A DNA stretch of 64,000 bases from Gemmatimonadaceae bacterium (GCA_051859245.1 JBHYGA010000001.1:640001-704000), one strand, 5' to 3'. Counted from the stretch's first letter, positions 20,109 through 30,555 are shown. Translations and numbers: made by a program. Notes: generated by a model from the letters alone, not told the origin.

Positions 20109-20807
20109 ATGCGTATTCTGCTGGTAGAAGACGACGCGGATCTGCGAGAAACGGTGTCCGCTTATCTGCGCGCAACGGGGTTTGCGGTTGACGCCGTCGC
20201 CACAGGGAAGATGGCGCTCGCGCAGGCCGCCGTCAGCCCCTTCGACGCAATCGTGCTCGACGTGTTGCTGCCCGATACCGACGGCTTCGCCGTGTGCCGC
20301 TCGCTCCGTGCGCAGGGGAACGACGCACGGATCCTGATGGCCACGGCGCGTGACGCGGTCGAGGATCGCATCACAGGTCTGGATGGCGGCGCCGACGACT
20401 ACATCGTCAAACCGTACGCGCTTGGCGAGCTGGTGGCGCGACTGCGTGCGTTGTTGCGGCGGCCGACCGAAGGTCTGCCCACGCATTTGGTTGTGGGTGA
20501 CCTGCGGTTGGATCCGGCGACGCGCACGGCCGCGCGCGGTGCACGCGCCATTCCACTCACGACCAAAGAATTCGCGGTGCTCGAAGTGCTCATGCGACGA
20601 GCCGGCACCGTGGTAACTCGGGAACGACTTGGTCAACACGCGTGGGATGACAACTTTGATCCCGCCAGCAATGTGATTGATGTGTATATCGCACGCTTGC
20701 GCAGAAAGATCGACCATGGCGATGACACTCCGCTGCTCGAAACCGTGCGTGGGGCCGGGTATCGACTAGGGCAGTCGCCCGCGGGCGCGGTAGCCCGCTC
20801 GCGTTGA
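20109..20807 (+). CDS. OmpR/PhoB-family response regulator (CusR/CzcR-like)
   Basis: MRILLVEDD, LDVLLP (phospho-Asp), GADDYIVKP, SNVIDVYIARLRRKID, TVRGAGY. Confidence 0.95.
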   Translation: MRILLVEDDADLRETVSAYLRATGFAVDAVATGKMALAQAAVSPFDAIVLDVLLPDTDGFAVCRSLRAQGNDARILMATARDAVEDRITGLDGGADDYIVKPYALGELVARLRALLRRPTEGLPTHLVVGDLRLDPATRTAARGARAIPLTTKEFAVLEVLMRRAGTVVTRERLGQHAWDDNFDPASNVIDVYIARLRRKIDHGDDTPLLETVRGAGYRLGQSPAGAVARSR

Positions 20808-22210
20808 GCATGCACACCACCGCTCGCCCTCGCCTGCGCACACGTCTGATCGCGTGGTACGCGGGCACGTTGTGTGTGGTGCTGCTCGCTGCGGCCGCGT
20901 CTACGCGTTACATCGTGCGCCGGACGCTGGATCGCGCGCACGATGAAAGTGTCGTGTCATCCATTGAACTCTTTCGACAGTTTTTTCGTGTAGAAATCGC
21001 GGAGTACCGCGCGGTTGATGCCACACTCGCCCACATTGCGAGCGAGTTGGTGTTTGAGGACCGCGTGATCGATGTGCATCGCCCAGACGGCACGCTGTTC
21101 GTGCCACCCGGCGCCCGACCGACTCCTCGCGTAGCGCTGCGGCCTCCGGTCCGCGATGTCTCGGCACCGCTCGATCCCGAGTTGGCGCCGGGTTGGACGA
21201 TCGATGTGCACGCCAGCACGGCCACGCTCGACGCGGCGGCACGGCGCGTGGACTACTGGCTGCTGGGCGGCATTCCGTTGGTCGTGTGCATTGCTGCGCT
21301 GCTCGGCTGGTGGTTGGCAGGTCGCGCATTGCGTCCGATCGGTCGTATGGCCGCCGAGGCCGGAACGCTCGACGTTCGCGCGGGCTCACGATTGTCACTC
21401 CAGGATCCCGATGACGAGCTTGGTCGATTTGGCGCGAGCTTTAACGCGGTGCTCGATCGCCTGGATCTCGCGCTCAGTCAGCAACGACGATTCCTGACAG
21501 ACGCCGCGCACGAACTTCGTACGCCCATCGCGCGGCTTCGTTCGCGCGCTGAGTTGGGACGCCTGTCATTGGCGAACACGTCGGCCGATCAGGCGCGCGA
21601 CGTGGCCGACGAAACACTCGGCGCGCTCGAGCGCGAGCTGCGGGCCACATCGGATGTGGTGGGTGGACTGTTGTCACTCGCGCGTGCGGAATCAGGCGCC
21701 AGTACGCTGACGCTCACAAACGGCTTTGTTGACGATGTAGTCAGCGAGGAGTTGCCGCGTTGGCAGGAATCAGCGAACGCCGCAGGAATGACGATTGCGC
21801 TTGGAGAGTTTGAAGAAGTCGCGGCCGTGTTTGACGCGTCGTTGGTGCGTCGATTGATCGCGCTCCTGCTCGACAACGCCGTGAACTACGGATCAGCAGG
21901 CGACACGATCACCGTGCACTGCACCGCGCGGGAGCATCAGGTACGCCTGATGGTGGAAGATGAAGGCATTGGCATTCCTGTCGCCGAGCGCGGCGCCGTG
22001 TTCGCGCGCTTTCATCGGACGGCGGTAGCGCGAGCCCATCGTGCCGATGGAAGTGGGCTTGGCCTCGCGCTCGCACAGTGGATTGTCGAACAGCACGGCG
22101 GTTCCATCAGCGCCACAGACCGAGCAGACGGCCGGCCCGGAGTGGCCATGATTGCGAGCTGGCCTACCGAGGTTGCCGCGTTAGCGTTCAGTCCAGCTGC
22201 GCGCGCGTAG
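20804..22210 (+). CDS. Sensor histidine kinase (2 TM, HAMP, HisKA, HATPase)
   Basis: DAAHELRTP H-box, LLDNA N-box, DEGIGI, GSGLGL. Confidence 0.93.
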   Translation: MSMHTTARPRLRTRLIAWYAGTLCVVLLAAAASTRYIVRRTLDRAHDESVVSSIELFRQFFRVEIAEYRAVDATLAHIASELVFEDRVIDVHRPDGTLFVPPGARPTPRVALRPPVRDVSAPLDPELAPGWTIDVHASTATLDAAARRVDYWLLGGIPLVVCIAALLGWWLAGRALRPIGRMAAEAGTLDVRAGSRLSLQDPDDELGRFGASFNAVLDRLDLALSQQRRFLTDAAHELRTPIARLRSRAELGRLSLANTSADQARDVADETLGALERELRATSDVVGGLLSLARAESGASTLTLTNGFVDDVVSEELPRWQESANAAGMTIALGEFEEVAAVFDASLVRRLIALLLDNAVNYGSAGDTITVHCTAREHQVRLMVEDEGIGIPVAERGAVFARFHRTAVARAHRADGSGLGLALAQWIVEQHGGSISATDRADGRPGVAMIASWPTEVAALAFSPAARA

Positions 22211-22547
22211 CCGGCGGTGCGTCGATTGCAGGCGCACGCGTTTTGGAGGCGGATGTCATGGATGGCACGCTGGTGATCCGATCGGCCGTTTCCCACGCCG
22301 TACGCAACTGCTCCAGTGTGCGAGCCGCTCCGAGAAAGTCACCACTCAACACGGCACGTTCGCACCAGTCGTAGATCCCGCCAATTCCGCCGGCTGATGG
22401 GGAATCGCACGGATGGGCCTCCTGCAACAGCGCAATTGAGCGGTACGCGCGAGAGGCATTGCGGGCGCGGCACGCACTGATCGCCTGGTCGTAGGCCGAC
22501 AGAAGCAGCTGGAGCGGAGAAGCCGAAGAAGCGGAAAGTGGGCGCAT
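22188..22547 (-). CDS. Short FliS-like (flagellin chaperone-like) protein
   Basis: ASPLQLLLSAYDQAI, GIYDWC and LEQLRTAW parallel FliS motifs (ASPxxLIxMLYDGAI, LYxY, LxELRxAW); preceded by a sigma28-like promoter. Confidence 0.6.
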   Translation of the reverse strand: MRPLSASSASPLQLLLSAYDQAISACRARNASRAYRSIALLQEAHPCDSPSAGGIGGIYDWCERAVLSGDFLGAARTLEQLRTAWETADRITSVPSMTSASKTRAPAIDAPPATRAQLD

Positions 22548-22629
22548 GAGTCGAAGGAGTGCGTCAGCGTTCGGAGCGTCATTGCGACGCGGGAGGTGGG
22601 AAGGGAGACTTTCATCGCCCTGCCTTAGG

Positions 22630-22657
22630 TATTCGGCTCGATGTCGCGCAGACTTTA
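22630..22657 (-). promoter_or_regulatory. Putative sigma28 (FliA/SigD) promoter
   Basis: Minus strand reads TAAA-N16-GCCGAATA (consensus TAAA-N15/16-GCCGATAA), ~80 nt upstream of the FliS-like ATG. Confidence 0.55.
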
Positions 22658-22659
22658 GC

Positions 22660-22692
22660 GTTCATCAGGGGTTCATGTTCGATTTGTACATT
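22660..22692 (+). promoter_or_regulatory. Putative OmpR-family direct-repeat box and -10 element of the RND operon
   Basis: GTTCAT-N5-GTTCAT (11-bp period, 22660-22676), then TACATT (22687-22692) 7 nt before ATG 22700. Confidence 0.45.
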
Positions 22693-22699
22693 GACCGTC

Positions 22700-24004
22700 A
22701 TGAGTCAGCCCCCACGATCAAAACGTGTGACACCTGGCGCCCGAATGCTCATCTGCCTGGCGCTGTTGTGTGCGTTGCCGGCAGCGACCGTGCGGTCGCA
22801 AGGCATATCGAGTGCCAGCGATTCTGTGCTCACCCTTCGAACGGCACTTCGTCTCGCCCAGCAACAGTCACCGGCACTCGCCCGAGTCGATGCGCAGGCG
22901 GATATGGCGTTCGGCAGTCTGCAAAGCAGCGCACAATGGCCGAATCCAACGCTGGAATACCGGCGAGAGAACCTTGGCGCTCCAATCTTGCCAGACGAAT
23001 TTGTCACGGCGTACGTACCCATCGATTTGACGGGACGCCGCATCAGGCTGGGGCGCGCCACGGATCAGGCGCGAAGCCGGGTGGGATTGGAGCGCCGCGC
23101 GGCACGCCGTGATGTGGAGCTTGAGATCACCCGAGCCTGGGTGGAAGCCATGTTGGCGGCGGATCTGCGCGAAACGGTACGCGTGCAAAAAGTCGCGGTG
23201 GACGAGATCGCGCGTGTGGACGCCCAGCGCGCGCTCGAAGGCGTGGTCGCGGAGGCGATTGCCATGCGCTCGCGCGTCGAAGCAAACCGCCTGGCGCATG
23301 AACTCACCATGGCTGAGTCGCGCGCCGCCCGCTCGCGCTTTGCACTGGCCACACTGATCGGCATCGCGTCGGATTCATTGCCGGCGCTGCCACACACGGC
23401 CGACGCGGCGGCCTCCGAGCTTCGTGCGGACAGTCTGCTCTCGAGCGACGCGGCCCTGATTACGCGTGCGCAGCGTGATCGCGCCGATTTCACCGCGTCA
23501 AGCATCGCCGTGGAGGAGGCCGTACTTCGTCGTCGCGCCGAGCGCACCAGTTTGTTCGGTGACTGGCAGCTTCAGGGCGGTACCAAGCGCACCAGCGGGT
23601 TCATGTCAGGGCAAGTGGGCTTGGCCGTTCCGCTGCCGGTGTTCAATCAGCAAAGCGGCGCCCGTTTGCAGTCGAGCGCTGCGGAGCGGGAGGCGCTCAC
23701 GGCGCGGCGCGCGCTCGAACTCGAGTTGGTGGGCGAAGTAACGGCCGCCGCCGATGCGCTGCGTCGCCTGCAGCAACTGGGAGACGTGCTGCAACGGTCA
23801 CCCCGCCTCGCAGAAGACATCGCGGCGAGTGCGGGCGTGAGCTACGCGGAGGGAAACATGTCGTTGCTCGAACTGCTCGATGCGCATCGTGCGGCCACCG
23901 ATGCGCGGCGCACCATGCATGAGTTTTACGCTGATCTGCTGATTGCACGCGCCACGCTGGCCCGTGCGCTTGGCGCACCTTTTGTGCCAGAGAACATTCC
24001 GTGA
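22700..24004 (+). CDS. TolC-family outer-membrane efflux protein (CzcC-like)
   Basis: Signal peptide, WPNPTL, VPLPVFNQ, YAEGNMSLLELLDA; first gene of the CBA operon. Confidence 0.85.
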   Translation: MSQPPRSKRVTPGARMLICLALLCALPAATVRSQGISSASDSVLTLRTALRLAQQQSPALARVDAQADMAFGSLQSSAQWPNPTLEYRRENLGAPILPDEFVTAYVPIDLTGRRIRLGRATDQARSRVGLERRAARRDVELEITRAWVEAMLAADLRETVRVQKVAVDEIARVDAQRALEGVVAEAIAMRSRVEANRLAHELTMAESRAARSRFALATLIGIASDSLPALPHTADAAASELRADSLLSSDAALITRAQRDRADFTASSIAVEEAVLRRRAERTSLFGDWQLQGGTKRTSGFMSGQVGLAVPLPVFNQQSGARLQSSAAEREALTARRALELELVGEVTAAADALRRLQQLGDVLQRSPRLAEDIAASAGVSYAEGNMSLLELLDAHRAATDARRTMHEFYADLLIARATLARALGAPFVPENIP

Positions 24005-25224
24005 TGAACCCAAAACTCGTCAAATCAACGCTTGCATCAGCTGCCATCGCGTTCGTGCTCTCGGCGTGCAGTGCAGAAACGCCGCCAGAGGAATCCGCGG
24101 TAACGGTCGCCGCGCCAGATACGGCGCTGCTCAGCGCAGACGCTGTAGCGATTGCCAACTTTGCCCTGGATACAGCCCGGATTGTGCCGTGGTCTTCCAC
24201 GGTGAGCGCTCCAGCGCGTGTCACGCTTGATCCGTCGCGTCACCAAACGCTGGGCAGCATCACCGAAGGACGCATTACACGTGTGCTGGTGCGCGTCGGT
24301 GATGCGGTTCGCGCGGGAGACATTCTCGTGGCGATTCACTCACATGAAATCATGGATGCGCGCAGTGGCGTGGTGCGCGCCGAATCGCAGCTGCGCACCG
24401 CCACGGCCGAACGAGACGCCGCACAGATCGCGGTGCAACGTGCGGAGCGATTGCTGGCCGCGCGCGCAATGGGTCAGGCTGATGTGGATCGCACGCGCGT
24501 GACGCTCACGGCAGCGCTCGCGCGATTTGATGAAGCGCAGGCGGAAACCGAACGTGCGCATGGCCTGCTCGAACACTTGCTGGGCGACGGACCAGTGCCA
24601 GCGAATCTGGATCCGCACGAAGTGCTGATCCGATCGCCCATGAACGGAGTGGTCACGGATCGAACCGCCGTGCCCGGCACGGTCGTGTTGCCGGGAGACC
24701 CGCTGCTGTCCGTTGCAGACCCAGCCGCGTTGCAGCTCGAGATCCGCCTGACGGATCGACAGGTCGCGGGCGTGTCGGCCGGTGATTCCATTCAGTTCTC
24801 CCTGGTTGGCAACGAGGCTGCCAACGCGAGCGGAACGGCGCGTGTGATTCGCGTGTCGCCAGTGCTTGATCAGGAAACCCGCACGACGCTGGTGATCGCG
24901 GCGATCATGCAAGCGCCCGCCGGAGTGCGCGCCGAGCGTTTTGCGAACGCATTGTTGACATCACGCGAGGCCGAACCAGCACTCGTTGTGCCCGCGCAGG
25001 CGATTCAATCGCTGGCGGGCGACACTGTGGTGATCGTCGCCGAACAACGTGGCGAGGGGTTGCACATTGTGGCCGTACCGGTACGGGTGGGGCGTCGGGA
25101 TGCTGCGCACGCCGAAATTCTCGCCGGACTTGAAGCGGGGCGCGTGGTGATTGCGCGTGGTGCAACGATTGCGCGCGCCGAGTTGCTCAAACGTCGCGAA
25201 GGAGAGGGTGGTGCAGAACACTGA
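24001..25224 (+). CDS. RND efflux periplasmic adaptor (CzcB/CusB-like)
   Basis: Lipobox LSAC; GRITRVLVRVGDAV, IRSPMNGVV, VVPAQAI, EILAGL. Confidence 0.88.
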   Translation: MMNPKLVKSTLASAAIAFVLSACSAETPPEESAVTVAAPDTALLSADAVAIANFALDTARIVPWSSTVSAPARVTLDPSRHQTLGSITEGRITRVLVRVGDAVRAGDILVAIHSHEIMDARSGVVRAESQLRTATAERDAAQIAVQRAERLLAARAMGQADVDRTRVTLTAALARFDEAQAETERAHGLLEHLLGDGPVPANLDPHEVLIRSPMNGVVTDRTAVPGTVVLPGDPLLSVADPAALQLEIRLTDRQVAGVSAGDSIQFSLVGNEAANASGTARVIRVSPVLDQETRTTLVIAAIMQAPAGVRAERFANALLTSREAEPALVVPAQAIQSLAGDTVVIVAEQRGEGLHIVAVPVRVGRRDAAHAEILAGLEAGRVVIARGATIARAELLKRREGEGGAEH

Positions 25225-28200
25225 TCGTCCGGCGCTGTCCGACGCATCATTGAGCACCGCGACGCCGGAGCACGCAAACGGCATTCACGGTTCGGCCCTC
25301 GCGCGGCTGGTTGGCGCCGCGATGGCACGACCGGTTCTGGTACTGCTCACGGTCGCCGTGTGCGTTGTGGCGGGTGTCTTGGCGTTCCTGCGATTGCCAT
25401 TCGATGCGTTTCCGGATCTGACCGGTGTGCGCGTTGAAGTGATCACCGAAGCGCGCGGCTACGCGGTTGAAGAAGTGGAGCAGTTGGTCACGTACCCGAT
25501 TGAGTCCGTGCTCATGGGTGTGGAGGGCGCCGAACAAGTGCGCTCCACCTCAAAAGCCGGTCTCTCGTTGGTGACGATTGCGTTTGCGGACGGCACGGAC
25601 CTGTATCACGCACGCACGCTGGTCACCCAGCGACTTGGCGATGCGAAAGGCGAACTCCCCGACGGCGTATCGCCGCTGCTCGGTCCCGTCTCAACGCCGC
25701 TTGGTGAGCTGTACCAGTATGTGGTTGAGAGTGATTCGCTCACGCTCACCGAACTAAAGGCACTGCACGACTATGTGGTGCGGCCGCGACTGCGCAGCGT
25801 GCCCGGTGTGAGCGAAGTGAACTCGTGGGGCGGACTGATTGAGCAGGTGCAGATTCAGGTGAACCCAGCCGCGTTGGCCTCGTATGCATTGACGCTCGAT
25901 GATGTACACAACGCGTTGGCCAACAACTCGGTCGCGTTTGGTGGATCGTACGTGGAGAGCGAGGGAGAGCGATGGACACTGCGCGGTCTCGGACGCATTG
26001 AGGCGGCGGAGGATCTGCTTTCGGTAGTCATTCGATCTGTGGACGGGGTCTCGGTTCGTGTTCGCGATGTTGCCACCGTGGAAGTGGGTTCGTTGCCGCG
26101 CTTCGGCGCCGTGTCGCGCGACGGGACGCACGCCACCGTCGCGGGCATGGTGCTCAAACGCAAAGGCGAAGATTCGCGACGCGTGATTACGGGCGTGCTC
26201 GAGCGACTTGACGAAGTACGGGCGGCGCTTCCGAGTCATGTGAAGATCACACCGTTCTATGATCAAAGCGCGCTCGTGACACGAACCACGCACACCATTC
26301 TGAGCAATCTCACGCTTGGCGGTGTGCTGGTGGTTGCGGTGCTGTTTCTGTTTCTGCGCGATGTGCGAGCCTCATTGTTGGTTGCGAGCGTGATTCCGCT
26401 CAGCATGCTCATTGCATTCGCGGCCATGTGGGCCACCGGCGCCTCAGCGAACTTGATGAGTCTTGGCGCGCTCGACTTTGGATTGCTGGTTGACGGCGCG
26501 ATCGTGATGGTGGATCAGTTCGTCCGACAGTTCGAAGGCAAACATTCCGTGGCGGCGGAAGGCGTCACACCGGAACTACGTCGCGTGAGGCTGCGCCGCG
26601 CCGCGGTGGAAGTGGCGCGCCCGGTGTTGTTTGGCGTGTCGATCATTGTGGCAGTGTATCTGCCGATCTTCGCGCTTGGCGGTATGGAAGGCCGCATGTT
26701 CCGACCCATGGCGTTCACCGTGGTGGTGGCGGTGTTGGCGTCGCTGCTGCTGGCGCTCACGTATGTGCCGGCCATGGCGGCGCGCGTGCTTAAGCCGGTT
26801 GCACGAAAGCCGTCACCAGGCTTTGAACGCATGGAAGGTGCGTATGGGCGCGCGCTCAACAGCTGCCTGCGTCAGCCTCGCCTTGTTGTTGGTGCGGCTG
26901 TCATGCTCATCGCGGGATCGCTGGTGCTGCTACGCAATACGGGCACCGAGTTCATGCCGCGCCTCGACGAAGGTGCGATTCTCGTGAATACACGGCAGCT
27001 GCCGAGCACGTCGCTTGAGGAGGCGATGCACCTGGCGTCGGCTGCCGAGCGCATCGTCAAACAGTTTCCCGAGGTGATTACCACGATCACCAAACAGGGG
27101 CGGCCAGATCTCGCGACCGAAGCGATGGGACTCTTCGAAGGCGATATGTATGTGCCGCTGCATCCGCGCGACACGTGGACCACGGCCGAGACCCGTGAAG
27201 GACTCGTGGCGGCGTTTGATTCGGCGCTGCGCGTGATTCCCGGTCTTGATGTCGCGTTTACACAGCCCATGGCCATGCGCCTGGACGAAGCAGAAAGCGG
27301 CATCAAGACCGATCTCGGCGTAAAGATCTTTGGCGCCGATCTCGAGCTGATTCACAACGTTGCGGAGCGTATTCGCGCGGTGGTTGCGAGCGTTCCAGGC
27401 GCTGCAGATGTCATGGTGGAAGTGAGCGAAGGCGCGGGCGAGCTGCGCATTACGCCGGATCGCAATGCGTTGGCGGCGTACGGCATCAGCATCGACGATC
27501 TGCGTGCGGCGGTGGACTACAGCACGGCGCGTCGCACGGCGGCAGAGCTCGTGATCGGTCCGCGGCGCGTGCCCATTGCCGTGGTGCTACCGGCCGCGCA
27601 ACGCAGCGACAAAGAATCGTTGAACAATCTGCCGCTGCGGGCCGCGAGTGGCGCCATCGTGCCGCTCGGCGCCGTTGCCACGCTCACCTATGGCGAAGGA
27701 CCGGAACTGATCGGCCACGAAGACGCACAGCGTCGTACACTCGTTGTCGCGAACGTGCGCGGACGTGATCTCGGTGGCTTTGCCGGCGAAGTGCAGCAGC
27801 GCGTCGCGGAATCGGTGGTGCTGCCGGCTGGCGTGTTTCTGGAATGGGGCGGGCAGTACGAAAATCAGCAGCGCGCCATGCAGCGTCTTGAGCTGGTGGT
27901 ACCGGCCGCGATTCTCCTGATCGTACTGCTGTTGTACGCCGCGTTTGGTTCGTGGGGGCAATCTGTACTGGTGCTGGCCAACGTTCCGTTCGCACTCGTG
28001 GGTGGCGTGGCCGCACTGTGGCTGCGTGGACTCAACCTGAGTTTGTCGGCGAGTATCGGCTTTATTGCGCTATTCGGTATTGCGGTGCTCAATGGTGTGG
28101 TGCTCGTGGAGCATCTCAATCACCTGCGCGACGTCGAACACGATTTGGAGCGGCGCGTGCGCAAGGGCGCGAGAGATCGACTGCGCCCGGTCTTGATGAC

Positions 28201-28390
28201 GGCGCTGGTGGCCAGCCTCGGCTTTGTCCCGATGGCGCTCTCGCATGGCGCGGGTTCGGAGGTGCAGCGGCCGCTCGCCTCCGTGGTGATCGGCGGCTTG
28301 CTGACCTCGACGCTGCTCACACTGTTCGTGCTTCCAGTGCTGTATCGCTGGCTGGAAGCACGAACGGGAACGCGTGAAGCCGTGCGCTAG
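25211..28390 (+). CDS. CusA/CzcA-family heavy-metal RND permease
   Basis: DAFPD, EEVEQLVTYPIE, NLMSLGALDFGLLVDGA, GFIALFGIAVLNG, RLRPVLMTA, EVQRPLASVVIGGL. Confidence 0.93.
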   Translation: MQNTDRPALSDASLSTATPEHANGIHGSALARLVGAAMARPVLVLLTVAVCVVAGVLAFLRLPFDAFPDLTGVRVEVITEARGYAVEEVEQLVTYPIESVLMGVEGAEQVRSTSKAGLSLVTIAFADGTDLYHARTLVTQRLGDAKGELPDGVSPLLGPVSTPLGELYQYVVESDSLTLTELKALHDYVVRPRLRSVPGVSEVNSWGGLIEQVQIQVNPAALASYALTLDDVHNALANNSVAFGGSYVESEGERWTLRGLGRIEAAEDLLSVVIRSVDGVSVRVRDVATVEVGSLPRFGAVSRDGTHATVAGMVLKRKGEDSRRVITGVLERLDEVRAALPSHVKITPFYDQSALVTRTTHTILSNLTLGGVLVVAVLFLFLRDVRASLLVASVIPLSMLIAFAAMWATGASANLMSLGALDFGLLVDGAIVMVDQFVRQFEGKHSVAAEGVTPELRRVRLRRAAVEVARPVLFGVSIIVAVYLPIFALGGMEGRMFRPMAFTVVVAVLASLLLALTYVPAMAARVLKPVARKPSPGFERMEGAYGRALNSCLRQPRLVVGAAVMLIAGSLVLLRNTGTEFMPRLDEGAILVNTRQLPSTSLEEAMHLASAAERIVKQFPEVITTITKQGRPDLATEAMGLFEGDMYVPLHPRDTWTTAETREGLVAAFDSALRVIPGLDVAFTQPMAMRLDEAESGIKTDLGVKIFGADLELIHNVAERIRAVVASVPGAADVMVEVSEGAGELRITPDRNALAAYGISIDDLRAAVDYSTARRTAAELVIGPRRVPIAVVLPAAQRSDKESLNNLPLRAASGAIVPLGAVATLTYGEGPELIGHEDAQRRTLVVANVRGRDLGGFAGEVQQRVAESVVLPAGVFLEWGGQYENQQRAMQRLELVVPAAILLIVLLLYAAFGSWGQSVLVLANVPFALVGGVAALWLRGLNLSLSASIGFIALFGIAVLNGVVLVEHLNHLRDVEHDLERRVRKGARDRLRPVLMTALVASLGFVPMALSHGAGSEVQRPLASVVIGGLLTSTLLTLFVLPVLYRWLEARTGTREAVR

Positions 28391-28851
28391 CGGACCAATC
28401 CGTAAATGCCCCAGAGCGCGAAGCCGGCGCCGCCGAGCACGATCAGATCACCGGGCGCGTCATCAACTTCGGAGCCGATGATCATGGCCGCGAGGCCGAC
28501 CACCACATAGGCAATTGACGCGCGACGGCTGGGCGCGCGCTGCTTCATGAGCGCGGTGGCATTGGTGCTCACCTCATCGCGCGATGCCGCGGGAATGAAC
28601 TGGACTTCGCCGCGCTGCATGAGCGGACCGGCCATGTTCACGCGATTGGGCGACGTGACAGTTTCAGCATTGGACGTGACGTTCGTCGCGACGACCGGTA
28701 CAACCGCTGCGACCGCTGCTTCCTGAGCGCCGGCCGTTTCCTGCGCCGATGCCGTGGAGGCAAAGAGAACGGCGGCGGCGAATGAGGCGCCGGCGACAAA
28801 CCGGCGGCGATGGTCGGGGCGGACGGCGCCACGCGATGTGTACTGAGCCAC
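28387..28851 (-). CDS. Hypothetical exported protein with two C-terminal hydrophobic helices
   Basis: AAGGAG RBS before GTG 28851; RRRF...ASA-Q signal; C-terminal TM hairpin. Confidence 0.6.
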   Translation of the reverse strand: MAQYTSRGAVRPDHRRRFVAGASFAAAVLFASTASAQETAGAQEAAVAAVVPVVATNVTSNAETVTSPNRVNMAGPLMQRGEVQFIPAASRDEVSTNATALMKQRAPSRRASIAYVVVGLAAMIIGSEVDDAPGDLIVLGGAGFALWGIYGLVR

Positions 28852-28933
28852 GGAACACTCCTTGAGCTGAGAGATTGAGCTAACGCCGGAAGCCGCCCAC
28901 GCCGCACGGAATGGGCGCCGGTGATAACATCCA

Positions 28934-28962
28934 TGAGACACTGTCCATCCGCCAGTAGTTCC
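28934..28962 (-). promoter_or_regulatory. Putative ECF (sigmaE-like) promoter
   Basis: Minus strand GGAACT-N17-GTCTCA, upstream of the 28851 gene. Confidence 0.35.
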
Positions 28963-28999
28963 GGTTTTCTGCGGTCTTCACGTCGCTCTCCCTCACGCT

Positions 29000-30208
29000 A
29001 TGTGCGCTGCATCACTCACTGCTGATCCACTGCTCGCGTTTCGCGAGGAGTTTCCCATTCTTGAACGCTCCACGTATCTCGTGTCGAACTCGCTCGGTGC
29101 GATGCCACGAAGCGTGCCGGCACAGTTGGCGGAGTATGCGCGCCAGTGGGGCGAGCGCGGCGTTCGCGCGTGGGCGGAAGGGTGGTGGGATATGCCTATT
29201 CGCGTGGGCGACATCGTGGCGCCACTGATGGGAGCGGCTCCCGGCGAAGTCGCCATGATGCCCACCGTCACGCAGGCCATGAGCGCCGTGCTGTCGTCGC
29301 TCGATTACCCGGCGCAGCGCAATCGTGTGGTGATGACCGCGTTGGATTTCCCTTCCGTACGCTACGCATACAACGCGCTGGCCCCACGCTTCGGCGCCGA
29401 AATTGTGGTGGTGCCAAGCGACGACGGTGTGCGCATCGAAACGCAGCGCGTGCTCGACGCCATCGATGAACGCACGCGGCTCGTGGCGGTTTCGCACGTG
29501 CTGTTCAAGTCAGCGTACATTCTCGACGCGGCCGCGATCTGTCGGCGCGCGAAAGAAGTGGGTGCAGTGGTGGCGCTCGACGCCTATCACTCGGTGGGTG
29601 TGATTCCCGTGGACGTCCACGCACTCGGCGTGGATTTTCTCGCGGGCGGCGTGCTCAAGTGGCTGTGTGGTGGTCCAGGTGGTGCGTTCCTCTACGCGTC
29701 GCCTGAGGCGAGTGCGCGGTTTGCGCCGGCAACCACCGGCTGGCAGGCTCATCGCACACCATTCGCGTTTGATCCGCAGATGCAATACGCCGACGGCGCG
29801 TGGCGGTGGCTTGGTGGCACGCCCACGGTCCCCGCGTTGTTCGCGGGGCTTGACGGCCCCAAGCTGGTGCATCAAGCGGGAATGATGGCCGTGCGCGAAA
29901 AGAGCGTGCGACAGACATCACGGCTGATCGCACTGGCGGATGAGCATGGCTGGACGGTAAATGCACCGCGTGAATCGGAACGGCGCGGGGGCACCGTCGC
30001 GTTTGACATGCCAAATGCGTCCGAAATCTCGCAGGCGCTGCTCGCGCGTGATGTGGTCATCGATTATCGGCCGGGCGCCGGTATTCGCGTGGCACCGCAC
30101 TTCTACACCACCGATGCCGAGGTGGAACGTGTCGCGTATGAGATTGACGACATCGTGGCCACCGACGCATGGCGCGCATTTGCGGGACAAAAGAGAACGG
30201 TCACGTGA
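29000..30208 (+). CDS. Class V PLP enzyme, kynureninase-like
   Basis: YLVSNSLGAMP, LDAYHSVG, GGVLKWLCGGPG (PLP Lys), RVAPHFY. Confidence 0.8.
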   Translation: MCAASLTADPLLAFREEFPILERSTYLVSNSLGAMPRSVPAQLAEYARQWGERGVRAWAEGWWDMPIRVGDIVAPLMGAAPGEVAMMPTVTQAMSAVLSSLDYPAQRNRVVMTALDFPSVRYAYNALAPRFGAEIVVVPSDDGVRIETQRVLDAIDERTRLVAVSHVLFKSAYILDAAAICRRAKEVGAVVALDAYHSVGVIPVDVHALGVDFLAGGVLKWLCGGPGGAFLYASPEASARFAPATTGWQAHRTPFAFDPQMQYADGAWRWLGGTPTVPALFAGLDGPKLVHQAGMMAVREKSVRQTSRLIALADEHGWTVNAPRESERRGGTVAFDMPNASEISQALLARDVVIDYRPGAGIRVAPHFYTTDAEVERVAYEIDDIVATDAWRAFAGQKRTVT

Positions 30209-30306
30209 CGAGCGGTGGTGGTTGAAATCAGTGCGGCTCACACGCTGGCGCGTTTCGTGCGCTGACCGCAGTTTTCAGTGCAACGATTCCCTCAACCCGT
30301 CGCGAG

Positions 30307-30555
30307 ATGAGCGCTTCGAGCACCCCGCCCAAAAAACTCCGCAAGCAATACAGCAATAACACGTATCCACTTGTGGTGCTGAAGTTTGAAGACGGGCATG
30401 AGATCAAAATTTATCAGGGCAAGGGCAAGTTGTTCGATGCGTGGCCTGGCGAGCGCGTGAAGATCATGGCCGTGCACGATACGTCGGCAAAAGAATGGGA
30501 GCTTGTGGAAACGCGCACCGGGGACATGTTCGACGACGCTCCCGCCGACGCGTGA
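30307..30555 (+). CDS. Small hypothetical protein (82 aa)
   Basis: Protein-like composition; GTGA overlap with the next gene. Confidence 0.65.
   Translation: MSASSTPPKKLRKQYSNNTYPLVVLKFEDGHEIKIYQGKGKLFDAWPGERVKIMAVHDTSAKEWELVETRTGDMFDDAPADA

Noticed and set aside
20076..20717. N-terminal extension of the 580-aa ORF 18975..20717
   Set aside because: It is the antisense shadow of the response regulator; patatin homology begins at ATG 20075.
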